Assembly: GCA_030167865.1 (NCBI GenBank)
Contig: JALAGF010001942.1
Coordinates: 49,471 to 69,470 of the forward strand
Reading direction: 5' to 3'
Origin: Craspedostauros australis
Lineage: Eukaryota
Length of the DNA stretch: 20,000 nt
This document shows positions 1 through 10,900 of the stretch, piece after piece (within the stretch, counting starts at the first letter, position 1; every line of letters begins with the position of its first letter). The notes beneath the pieces were generated by a model that saw only the letters and a list, made by a program, of their open reading frames with translations, did no database searches and was not told the origin of the DNA. A program made the translations under genes and the position numbers.

Positions 1-914
1 AATGAGTACAGCATCCACAGCCGCCACGGTCGCACGTTGGACACCGACTGGGCGAAGAATGCGGCAAACAGCAGCCCCATCGCCCCCGTCACTGTGTGCT
101 GCGCGCCGAATTTTGCGTTGATGTCGGACAGATCGGATCCTCTCGACCAGTACAGATTGATGACTCCACCGCAGGCACCTGCCGCCACGCCGCACATGGC
201 CTTGCATATGTTGCCGACGGAGATCATGGGCAAAAAGAATTGCGGCGGGAACAGAGTGGCTGCCACCTCCAGCGTGATGCCAAGATCCACCATGATGTCC
301 GCAAACAACCTCCAGCGCTTGATGTCCGATCGGAAGTTGGACGACGCTGCGTACGTGAACAGCAACGTTGCCGCCATGCCCGACGCGTCGCGCACGAGGT
401 AGTTCATCAATGCCGATAGCGCTGTCGCACCTTCCTTGCCGACCCCGACTCCTTCCAGCACGCGCTGTGTGGCAAGGACGCCTCGCAACTGCGTCGACAA
501 GTCTTGCAACCAGCTCCAAACAGAGTAGCGTAAGTATCCATCTGGCGTGGATTGCGGGAATCCAATGGGCAAGAAGGTTGTGCGCAGCGCCGAAACCGCG
601 CGTCGCAGGCCTACAATAGGCTGTTGATTGGGTGTGCTGCTGCTTGCTGCCGCTGCCGCTGCCGCTGTCGCTGCCCCTGCCCCTGCTGCCGCTGTGTTGG
701 ATGTTGGCGAGATCGCAAAGTCCACGATCTTGGAATTGCCACTGTTGCGCTGCTTGGAGATGATCCGTTGGAGCTTGATAGCATCCTGATGATGAGCACG
801 GTCGTGAGCATCGTTCGTCGGCAGCGCGAGACTGGAGCCACCATTGGGCGTCGACGTGATGAGCAGCAGCGAGAGGACGACGGAATGCATCATCGCGATC
901 CTCATCTTCGTCAT
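1..914 (-). CDS. RUS1 (root UVB sensitive)/DUF647 family protein, 3' end outside the window, with N-terminal signal peptide-like segment
   Basis: My manual minus-strand translation is open from ATG at 914 (context AACACCAAC-ATG) to the window edge: MTKMRIAMMHSVVLSLLLITSTP...FLPIGFPQSTPDGYLRYSVWSWLQDLSTQLRGVLATQRVLEGVGVG...LMNYLVRDASGMAATLLF...FRSDIKRWRLFADIMVDLGITLE...GNICKAMCGVAAGA...SDLSDINAKFGAQ. FLPxGFPxS-x-Y..Y..W..Q, GVGVG, DxKxWRLxAD and DxxAKxxxQ are the recognisable DUF647/RUS motifs. The start codon is inferred, since the frame stays open further upstream. Confidence 0.9.
   Translation of the reverse strand, partial: MTKMRIAMMHSVVLSLLLITSTPNGGSSLALPTNDAHDRAHHQDAIKLQRIISKQRNSGNSKIVDFAISPTSNTAAAGAGAATAAAAAAASSSTPNQQPIVGLRRAVSALRTTFLPIGFPQSTPDGYLRYSVWSWLQDLSTQLRGVLATQRVLEGVGVGKEGATALSALMNYLVRDASGMAATLLFTYAASSNFRSDIKRWRLFADIMVDLGITLEVAATLFPPQFFLPMISVGNICKAMCGVAAGACGGVINLYWSRGSDLSDINAKFGAQHTVTGAMGLLFAAFFAQSVSNVRPWRLWMLYS
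636..692 (-). repeat. GCN/hexamer microsatellite encoding an Ala/Gly/Ser linker in the RUS-family protein
   Basis: (GCCGCT)n/(GCCCCT)n run on the + strand. It reads AAAGAGAATAAAAAAASSS in the RUS frame. Confidence 0.8.
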
Positions 915-1426
915 GTTGGTGTTGTGCGTCGTGAGATGCAGGTTGGAGTTGCTTCGCTTATTGTTATGACAGATAGACGTTGATGTCAGACGGCTGTCCG
1001 TGAGGGTATGTGGACCAAGAAAGAGATTATGGATGAGGGGAGTGGTGATGTGATGTGTAGCAAGAGCGTTGGTGGTGGATCGGCAACAGCGCCAACAGTG
1101 CCAACAGTGATGGATCCGCATCACCATTCCTCTCTGGTTCGCGCCTCGCGCCTGTCCGCTCTCGTGATCGGATTGGTGGATGTGGATTGGGACACGCAAG
1201 ATACCATCTGAATTCGTGAATGAACCATTGACACCAGTCCTGTGTAACGTGTGTTTGGAGATGCCGACGTCAGCAGAATGTCTCAGCTTCAGAGAAGTTC
1301 TGTTCCAGAACACGAATCTTCAACACCTTGTTTCACGTTTTGAGATACAACTGCACACAACACGCGACCAAACGTGTGGCATTTGTACGCAAGATGACGC
1401 CACGAGCAAAACTGGATGCCGTTTCT

Positions 1427-1434
1427 TGACGTCA
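1427..1434. promoter_or_regulatory. Palindromic TGACGTCA (CRE/bZIP-aureochrome-type element) in the divergent promoter between the RUS gene and the small secreted gene
   Basis: Exact TGACGTCA at 1427-1434 and a second ACGTCA at 1558-1563. Function is not demonstrable from sequence. Confidence 0.3.
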
Positions 1435-1570
1435 CGATGTCTGCGCGAGGAACACAAGGAACGAGCACTCAAAAAGCTCACAATCGAAACAGTTCCCACA
1501 ACTCAAAGCCACAAAACAAAGAAGCACCACAACACAAGAGACGAACCAAACAACCTCACGTCACGCGCAC

Positions 1571-1602
1571 CCACACCACACCACACCACACCACACCACA
1601 CC
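1571..1602 (+). repeat. (CCACA)6 pentanucleotide microsatellite in the probable 5' leader
   Basis: Six perfect CCACA units at 1571-1600 plus CC, ending just upstream of ATG 1617. Confidence 0.95.
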
Positions 1603-1616
1603 TCCACATCCCGACA

Positions 1617-2316
1617 ATGAACATGATGAAATCAATCCTCCTCATCGCTATCTTCGCCATCCAGATGCTCGCCGTGTCGGCCAGAAGGTCAACAGGCTTG
1701 GATCCTTACTGCAACAAGCAAATGGGTGAGTGCAATGCTCAAGAGAATCAAGGCATTTGAATCTGTGCCGAGACTTCGGATGTATGCCGATTGATGACCC
1801 GAGCACGAGCAAGAACGAGGAGATTTGGCAGACCACCAATGCACAAGCGATCGTGAATGGATGTGTGTGCGTCTTTGGTTGCATTGCCAATGGCAACGGC
1901 TGCGATAACATGCACATGACGATTACAATGACCATGTCAATGGCGGTTCCAAATCACGCAATAGCCTCTTTGTTGCAAGATTAACCACAATCTCACGCTC
2001 ATTTCGCCCTTCATGGTCAAATCAAACTCTGCTTCGGATTTATCGCACCAATTCGAAAACTGCAGAACTCCTCGGATGGGACTCATGCCCACACGGCTTG
2101 CCACTTCCGGGCTTGGGAAAAAGCAAGAAGGTGGAACCAACAACTGTCGCTGATGCCTCAACGTCACCGAGTGCATCCAAGCGGACGAATCAACATGCCT
2201 CCGGCTTGCAAAAGGATCAACGAGCGACCCAGACAGTCTCCTCAAAGAAGAGAGTGCAGCGAAGTGCGGAGAAAGAATCGCGACAATCTCCATGGGGCGT
2301 GAGCTCGCGTAAGTGA
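1617..2316 (+). CDS. Small secreted protein, two exons (1617-1725, 2066-2316), 119 aa, unknown function
   Basis: The ATG at 1617 opens a typical signal peptide (MNMMKSILLIAIFAIQMLAVSA|RR). There is a G|GTGAGT donor at 1726 and a CTGCAG| acceptor at 2065. Joining them (109+251=360 nt) is in frame with ORF 2098..2316 and gives ...RRSTGLDPYCNKQMELLGWDSCPHGLPLPGLGKSKKVEPTTVADASTSPSASKRTNQHASGLQKDQRATQTVSSKKRVQRSAEKESRQSPWGVSSRK*. Confidence 0.7.
1726..2065 (+). other. Predicted spliceosomal intron (340 nt, phase 1)
   Basis: GTGAGT donor, CTCAC branch-like motif at about 1992-1996 followed by a pyrimidine-richer stretch, and a TGCAG acceptor. Removing it restores a continuous reading frame. Confidence 0.65.
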
Positions 2317-2559
2317 ACATCCACGAGAACAACGGCAAGTCTTACTCTCCAAGGCAGACACACGAGATTATTATGCGACCATTACACGACGTCATTGTCA
2401 CACCACACACAAACAGCAAACAACGAAACAACGATAGAGACACAACCGCATCAGCAGCAGCAGCAAATTGAAAAGCAGAGCGACAGCAAGCAACAACCGC
2501 AATACCATACGATAGACGATACCAATTTTTCATACCACACTGCTCAGTTTCGATTTGTA

Positions 2560-4168
2560 TCTGTTCTGTCGCTTGGCTGGGGATGCCGCGCCTTCGGGCT
2601 CCGCAAACAACCATGGGGATTCTGGAATGTGCCATCCTGACAAGCACAAACGCTGGCGACCGACTCCGTCCCGACATCTCGAGGGACGTCAAAGCCGATG
2701 GTCGCACATCCAACCGGTTTCCGGCCGATGTTGTTGCCGAAGCCTCCAGCAAGAAGGCATCGTCCAGGACCAGAGTGTCAAACATCGTGCCAACCATCAA
2801 GTCCACGCGGTGCGCATGAACGAGCAGACTGAGCAGGTAGCAAAAGCACTGGGCCCATTCGTCGGATGACGACTTCTTCTCCGCGATCTTTGACACTCTA
2901 TGGGCAAAGTACCGGCAGTATCTTTATCTCAGTACTGCTGCCGCTGCGCGCGTCTCTGCAAAGGAGAACCAACTTTGCATGTGGACTATGCACATGCTTG
3001 GGTTGTCTGGGATAGCTCGATAGAACCTCTCCTTCATCACATTGTGTTCTTCGTTACCGTTCAAGAACGTGGGCGCTTGCTCCACATCGCGATGGAGGCT
3101 ATACCCCACGACACGAAAATGGTTGCTACCAACCAGCAAGGTCAACCACTTCATGGACTGTTCCGCACACAAAGGTTTGCATACGATGAAAGAAGAGACG
3201 AAAATATAGGATGGAATCGCATGCCCTACTTGCCATGGCTTGGAGGAAGACTTCCATGTGGTGTTCAATTCCCTCACCCTGACACACCAGCGTCAGCTTG
3301 CGCACGCTCTTGAGCCGAGGCAGATCCACGTGCGATCCGTCAAACGTTAAATCCATGACTACAGAGGATGGTGCTGAGAGGCTGGAGAATAAGCTTTCGC
3401 CAATCTTCTGAAAAAGCAAGGTCAACATCTTGCATCGGCTGGCGAACGCCTCGTCGAACCTATCATAACATGAAAGTCTCCCATCGATCATAGTTTCATC
3501 AACCTTTTGCACCCGAGAGTAAACCGGGAAACATGACATCCGGTGAACTTGACCATCGTCGCAATATCACGTTTGATGAGCTTCTGTTGAGATTTCGCCG
3601 CCAACTCCAGCTCATGTTCATTCCAAAGGCGGGCTAATACATCTGGAACGAGATCCAGTGGAAAGGGCGGGTCGTTCGCGACGCGTGACACATCGATGAA
3701 CGTTGGTAGGTTGGGCTGTGCCGTTCGTGTTTGCCTGAAAAGATGCTGGAGGTTGTCTCTGCATGCTGTCTCTGCATGATGCCTATGACGTGCTCTGATG
3801 CGTCCGAGTGTACCAATAGTATGTGGACGATCGTTGATTGTGAGAGTTCTATCGATCTTTGTTCCTGATTCCTTCATGTGCAAGCACTCTCAAGAACCCG
3901 CGCACTCTTCGCCGTGCCACTCAAGTCGGTAACCTTCGTAGAGTGCAAGGATGAATTCCACGCTGATTTCGAACACGGTCAGCAAGTAATGACAGGATCG
4001 TCCGGAGTGTGGTGTGTTCTTTCCCTCATCTCTTCCTCTTTCAACCTCCATCCACAGTACGTGTTCTGATGGTCTCGCATGTCGTGTAACACCATGGACA
4101 CTCGAGCACTCCAACTCTCTGTCGTTGCACGTGTGGGAAGACTCTGGTTTTCGTCGTACAAGAATCAT
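2560..4168 (-). pseudogene. Probable decayed gene with RNI-like/LRR-like segments (boundaries approximate)
   Basis: A chain of minus-strand ORFs. 3890..4168 and 3488..3883 share one frame separated by a single TGA. 2924..3277 and 2342..2896 share one frame separated by a single stop. 3126..3539 bridges them by frameshifts. Segments such as LPRLKSVRKLTLV, FLQAMASRACDSILYFRL and FYRAIPDNPSMCIVHM resemble LxxLxL / LxxALxxNxSLxxL repeats. The family assignment is pattern-based only. Confidence 0.4.
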
Positions 4169-4944
4169 TTTGTGAGTGGATCGCCGTATCCATGACTCGG
4201 ACCACGCCCAAGGTTCATGGCGAAACGATAGGCTACGACACTACCAAAGTACCTCGATGGCCGAACAAAAGCACAGACACCGGATACTGACTTCTTCGGT
4301 CATCTTCCCGAATCCAGGAGGTGGAGAAGGGTGATCCAAAAATAAAATCTGCAAAAACTCAACTCACAAAAAACCCGCAAGATCGTGCAAAGAGGCCACA
4401 AACAAGGCAAAGGAGAGGGGCAGACATCTCAGGCGACCGACTCTCGACTCTCTGAGGTGTGAGAGGTACGACTCCAAGAGTGGCCGCAACACCTGAGTTC
4501 AGTTCGACTCCATTCTATTCCTTTCTTTTCTTTTCCCATCGCCTCAGACGGCAGTGCTGAGAGCGTACGCTCAACCCATTCCAATTCTGATCGAGCATAC
4601 CAGCACGCGCTTGTCTATACTCGTGCCGAACGAGGTTGCGTGAGAATTCCTTGGATCCAGTGGAGGTGTCAGCATTGCGCCAACAGACAAGGAGAAAGGG
4701 TGGTAACAGAAGCCGACAATTTCGCTGGAGTGCTCCGGCGAATTCCTGCATATAATACCAACCATACGAGAGGACGAGCTACCATACACACCAGCACCAG
4801 CACCACACATCTCAACGTGCGACAAGCAGGAAACCAGAAGGCCAAGGACAGTCGGAATCGGTCACAGGTCAGAGCTGAGCAGGAGTCGGCACGTGCCATT
4901 GCCGCTGTTGTCATCACTGTCAGTACCACACCAGTTCCATAACC

Positions 4945-7900
4945 ATGCCTTTCGAAGATGAGATCATGGCGTCCATCATGGCATCAGGGTTGTCGACGAA
5001 GGACAGCGTCGAGAGCTGGAAGCAGCCACATGCCTTCCATCTCAACCTCCCTCCGCATCACCTCGACGAGGATGGAACTCCCTTCATCACCAAGTACGCG
5101 CACAAGAAGTCGAGGTACATCCTGGGACTCGTCAAGACGTTGGAACTCAACGAACTCATGTTCCTGAACCCGGATGCACAGGAGAATGACGAATCCGACG
5201 ACGACGATGATGATGATGCAATGGACACAACTGACGCAGGAGGCACCCAGGCGGATGGCGATGATGACAGCGGTCCGATCATGCCCAAGACGTTGTCCGA
5301 GTTTGCCCAAAAGTGCAGCCGCCTGCATGCGCAGCTCAGCGCGTTGGAGAATTTGAAGCATTCTGGCCTGTCTCGGTGGGATCTCAGCTTGATGGTGCTG
5401 CGCTTGTTGCGATTGCTCACCGCGACGATCACGTACGAGTATTATGACGAGGCCAAATCAGAGGAGCAGCAACAGGAAACACGACTGCCGATATCCAAAG
5501 TCACGATACACTACGACCTCGTTGGTTACATCCACACGGCTTCCACGACGATGGAGGAGGAGATGAAGCAGGCCCAGTCAAATGTGTCCGAAGACTCCAG
5601 CCACCTCGAAGGAATCCTCAAACGTCCATTCGCATTGCCGTCACCTGCCAGAGAGACTCTGCTATCTATCTTGGTCAGCATCCTGTCCAACAAAGGACCA
5701 CTACGATCGGTTTCGAATGCAGCCATTTATCCAGCCACAAAACAGACGCACAACAACGATTCCGGGGAGGGCCAAGATCAGGAGCAGAGATTCCTGCTCA
5801 TTTTGCACTGGAGGCCGCTGCTGAGGATGTTGCTGCGAACGACGCCGTACCTGAATGAACGCAAGTCCGGCACCGTGCCGCTATCATCCAACGCCAGGCA
5901 GAGCACGATTTTGAAACGCACCGTGCACATGATCCGTGACGCGAGGCACTTTTTCGACCAGGGCATTCGCCCACCCGGCTCGGCGGCAACCACTGTCGCT
6001 CTCGACAACAGCGCGGTGCAGCTTTGGGAGATGGTCCGAGCTGACATCATGTTCCATTCGCACACGAACGCATCGTACCGATCGTTGGTCATGTTCTACC
6101 TCTTCCAACCATCGCGATGTTCATCGACGTACTACCAAGACGTGCTGCCGGATTGGCTGGAGAGCTGGAGCAACATCGATCGGTGTCCCGAGATTGACTT
6201 CCTTTGGCTTGCTCTGTTCTGCAGAGCGAGGAAGTACCTGCCGCACACGTACGATTGGGGACCGATACGCCGCCGTCTGTTGACGCATGCGCAGTACTGG
6301 CTGCTTCTTCCCATCGGCGGTGCGGCCCTGGACAAGAGCTTCCCCAGAGCATCCGCACCGCGGTCCAGATCGTGCCCGTCACGTCTCAAAGCATTCACCG
6401 GCTCCAGCTCGTCGTATGAGGAGGGCATCGACTTCGTCGCCAAGGTCACCAAGCTACTTGTGATCGGTCTTGGCACCGGCAGCATGGGCGAAAATGGAGT
6501 TTCCGAGGGAACGAGTGACGTGCTCCGGTTCTTGTCATTCGTCACACCGTACTTCAATCCCAGCAACATTGGCACCTGGACGTTCACCCTGGGTGCCTTC
6601 CTACACTACTTCAGCTACGAAATCTGTTCTCGCGTCGGAGCTGCCGCGAGCATGGAAGCCTTCGCAACGTCCAATCCGGAGCTGCTGCGGGCGCTGTGCG
6701 AAGTGGAGCCAAGCCTGAAGGGCTGCGCGATCCCACCCACCGAAGTCGTGCTGCTGTTGGACAAGCTCCTCCCGCTTTGCCAGCAATCGTTGTACAGCAA
6801 GAACCCGCACGTTGGACGCGCAGGCGAAGCCTCCATGCTGTACTTTGCGCAGATCGACCCGGCACGCGTCACACCGTCGTTCATCGATTTCGCCATCCGT
6901 GCGCTCGATATCAGCGCCGTCAACCTCGCACATCAAGCACCGGCGGCGCTATCCGCGTTGACCCGTCTCTTGCAGCCAGCACTGCGCAGCAACCCGGCGA
7001 TGTTCATGGCCAAGTTGCCTGATATCTTGCGGTTGTCGTTGGCCGGTATCGACAGCAATGACCAAAACAAGACCATCCGGACACTCATCTTGTACCGCAA
7101 TCTCACATCCTGGTTCCCCATCGGCAAACCCAGCGAACAAGCCAACGGAGTCAACGCAGACGTAGATAAGAATGACCAGAAAAGCAATGGCAACAGCCAT
7201 GGCAAGGGAACGCGCAGCATCGGTGAGAACTTGGTGGACCGTCTGTACCAATCATCGAATTCTCCTGAGTACGTGGCAGCGGTTGAACAGCTCCCAGAGA
7301 GTTCACTTCTGCGACAGGGCGCCGTTATGGATGGGTTGGATCTGGGGTTGCTGGCCGACGAGGCTTCCTCCGCCATGTGCGATTGGGTGCTGGAGTTTTT
7401 GGATCGCATCTTCGCCTTGCTTCGTGCTAGCGGTGAACGCGAGAAGGCTGGCAAGACATCGTCACGCACCGCGGCGCGCCATGCCAATGTGGATGTGCAG
7501 CAGGCACGCAACTTCTCACGCGTGCTGCGAGAATCCTTGATGCAGACCTTCGTTGCCATGGACGACACCATCCACAAGTCGGCTGTCAATTCGGTCGTGC
7601 GATTCTTCTCGGAGGAAACCTTGCCATCAGCTGCCAAGGATGCCGCGTATCTATGCGAGGCAGTGGCATCCGCACGTCCACGTAAGGACGGTGCAGGATC
7701 ATCATCGCTGCACAGCCCTGGCCTGAAGGCGCTGCTGCCCATCCTCGTCGATGACTTGAAGCACTGTCCCACCAAAACTTGCATCTACAGGATACGGTGT
7801 CTTGCCGGGGCCGTGCGATTTTGCGGTCACGACATCTTGACGTACAGGCAGCAGATCTCCAACGCCATCAACTTTGGACTGCAGAGCAAGGACAAGCATC

Positions 7901-10900
7901 TGCACAAGACCGGATGCAAGCTCCTTCGGCACACGTTGGCAGCCCTCTGCGAGTCGAGACCGATCTCGTACGACATCTTGCCCCAACTTGAATTCGATCC
8001 TCGCCGCAACCGCAACAACGGCGACGCCAGCGGCGACCAGATGCAAGCGCAAACTATGTCGGACACTTTGACATATGGCCGTTCGGCACAGCTGAATGGG
8101 CGACCAATCACATGGTACATCCCAAGGACAGAATCCGTTGACTTTGCCTGGGCTCTCATCGATCAGAATGTGTATGGCAAACTGAAAACGTTGCAAGGCA
8201 AGCTACATGTTGACGCCGATGGGCAGAACGATTCAATTGCCGCCGACATGAACGAATTGCGCCGTACGTTGCGCGTGGTTCGGTACACGTTGCGAGGCGC
8301 AGTTGGGATCATGCTGGATTCGGATAACGGCGATGACATCATCGGTGGCCTGGCGAAGTCCACTGATCACGCCGAGCAGTCACCCGCCGAGATGCATGAC
8401 GTTGCTCTTTTCCCATACGAAAGAGCAATGACGAAACTCCTCACGCAGCTGGTGTCAGAGGATCAGTCCAAGAAGATTGCAGATGTACGAGGGCGCATTG
8501 CATTTCTGATCACCACCCTGGTATCGTTGATTGCGTCCGAAACGTTCCAATTAAAGGCTCAAGCTGCAGCATCGCCATCGCCACCATCTGAAGCGGCGAC
8601 ATCGACGGATGCCACGGACACGACGGCTTCTGATGGCCAGACTAGCTCGGATGCGACGGCGGAGGCTGCTGATTCGGGTGAGTCTGCAAATGGAAACGGA
8701 GCAGCTGCCGAAGGCAGCCCTGCGAACGACTTAGCCACACTAGTCAGCAGAGACACGAAGGTTTGCAAGGAGGCAATCGATATTGCTTTGCTGTTGCTCA
8801 CCAGACGCGGCGCATCCTTCCGTTCCCAAGAAAGCAAGACAATCTGGAAGGCGCAGAAGCTCGTCTCGACAGACTATGCCTTGCTGGCGCTGGCGGATCA
8901 TGCCATCGAATCGTTGCAGCGATCGCAGCTGTACGGGCCCAGCTCCATCATCCAATACAATGACGGCGAGGACGGTGGAAAGGTCTTGCCACGACGTCTG
9001 GTGGTCAATCGAGTCAAGCTGTTCCACGATTCGTTGCAACGCACCGCGAGCTTTGAGGTTCCCAGGCGGCTGAGACGCTTGGTCAAGTTGCGCAAGTCTT
9101 CTGTCAACATCCTCTTCTCAGTGTCCACCTCCGCAGACCAACTCCGCGATTCGATGCAACGCCTCGATGACATGCCGATGCCCGGATCCATGGATCTCTA
9201 CGAAGGTCTGATCGATGGACTGTTCTCGCTGTGCTGTCATCCCAACACGCAGGTCAGAGCATCCAGCATCGGCGTGGTGGAGTACGCCATCACAAGATTT
9301 GGCTGGCTCGTCAGATCGCGCGTGCCAAGGCTCATGAGTGCCATCCGATTGGACGACGGTGACTGGCATGGCAAATTCGGCGTCCCATCCTGCGCCAAGC
9401 TCGTTGATCAGGTTGATAGCAAGGGCAAGCGCAAGCGGCTGTCCGAGGCATTGAAGGGCGTGTGCGCGATCCTTGCCACGGCGCGACCCGGCAAGCAGAT
9501 GCTCTGCAACGAGGAGATCAGGTGCAACTTCGTGAAGACGATTTGCGGCACGGACAGCCTGGTGGCTCTCATGCCGCCGGAGGAGATGCAGAAGATGGTG
9601 CATTACTTCCACAACATCTTCAGCCCATTCCGGATGAAGTTCTACAGCCTCCCCAGGACAACCAAGTCAGAGCATCGGAACCATGCCGATTCCCTGGAGT
9701 ATCTGCTGGGCACATTGTCATCCGACAAGAAGAGTGATGACGATGAAACGAACGTGAAGGAAGTCCATTGGAGGAAGCAACTGATGGCATCGTACTTCTT
9801 GACCGTGCTGGTGGACGGTGACGACATCCGTTCGAACGAGAATGAATTCAAGCAACGGCTGTGGTCGACGTGCTTCCGAATCTTGGAGAACGAGTACGGC
9901 CAGCCACTCCAACGCGTGGCATTGGGACTGTTCGGAAGGCTCGTGATGATATCCTTCGACATTCAGATCCTTCGAGATCAGATGTTGACGGAATCATTCT
10001 GCAAGAGCCTCAGCAACGCCCTCGTGTACGATCATCGAGAAGACACCAGCATCGGTGGCGGGCACGATGCGCAGTGGTCGGCGGGCATCGCTGATTTCAT
10101 CCGCGATTCTGCACGCAACATCGCACCCAAGACGCTCTTTCCATTTCAAAGGACCAGCCAAAGCTCCGGGACTTTCAAGGCATCGCACGCGCAGCTGGTG
10201 GAGCAAATCCTCAAGCTGCTATCACCGGCGGATGCCTTGACTGCGTCACGCCATTTGTTGAAGCATTCTCGACAGCTGGCATCGGCACCGCCAAGCGAAG
10301 ATCAACGCAACCAGCAGTGCACGGTGGCAGAGATCTTCGCTGGTGTTTGCAAGGGCATGCTTCAAATCAAGACGGACACCGACCTCGACGAGTTTTGGTC
10401 CACCGATCTGCTTCCATTCCTCGACGATGTGTACCAGAAGATGCCAACGTCGCTGTCTGGCGCATTCTTCGATGCCATCAGATTCTCCCTCCAATTCTCA
10501 TCCCCGGATCGCTTCTACCCCATGACGGCCTGGCTTTTCACCAAGGTGGACGAGACACTGTGGCAGCCCAGCCAAAACGATGTCGATGAAACTGGTGCGG
10601 TGGTGCCAATGGACGAGGCGACAGCAACCAAGAGCGGGGCATCCGAGCAGGGCACGGAAGGTTTCACAGCGCAATCCAAATGGCTGTACCTGTGCGGCGC
10701 TCTGCTTGTGGAATTGGACGAGATGGAGGCCGACACTGTGATGATGAAGACGCCGTGGTACTGGCTGGCGCTGTCGAAGCCAGAAGATATCCAGGTCGAA
10801 ATGGACACCAAAGACATTCTGAAGCGTTCCTGGATGCTGGTGCGAGACAAGCTGCTCCCGAAATTGACCGCGGCCCTTGGGCATCCGTACGAGAACTGTC

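Noticed and set aside
37..983. Plus-strand ORFs 37..402, 96..419, 368..619 and 552..983 (the last with a striking CRCRCRCPCPCC run)
   Set aside because: They are antisense shadows of the RUS-family gene. The Cys-Arg run is simply the reverse complement of the poly-Ala linker, not a metallothionein.
1730..1984. Cys-rich 84-aa ORF that looks like a defensin-like peptide
   Set aside because: It lies within the predicted intron, has a non-ATG start and no signal peptide of its own, and its Cys/Val codons come from TG-rich intron sequence. It cannot be fully excluded if a frameshift error exists near 1750.
2557..2567. GTATCTGTTCT, matching part of U2 snRNA
   Set aside because: Only 11 nt match. 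The GUAGUA branch-pairing sequence, the 5' stem and the Sm site are absent.
4502..4511. GTTCGACTCC, a tRNA T-loop/B-box-like motif
   Set aside because: The flanks cannot form a T stem, and no cloverleaf or convincing A box is found upstream.
4515..4942. Short overlapping ORFs just upstream of PA200
   Set aside because: No recognisable motifs. The region is more simply explained as PA200 promoter and 5' leader.
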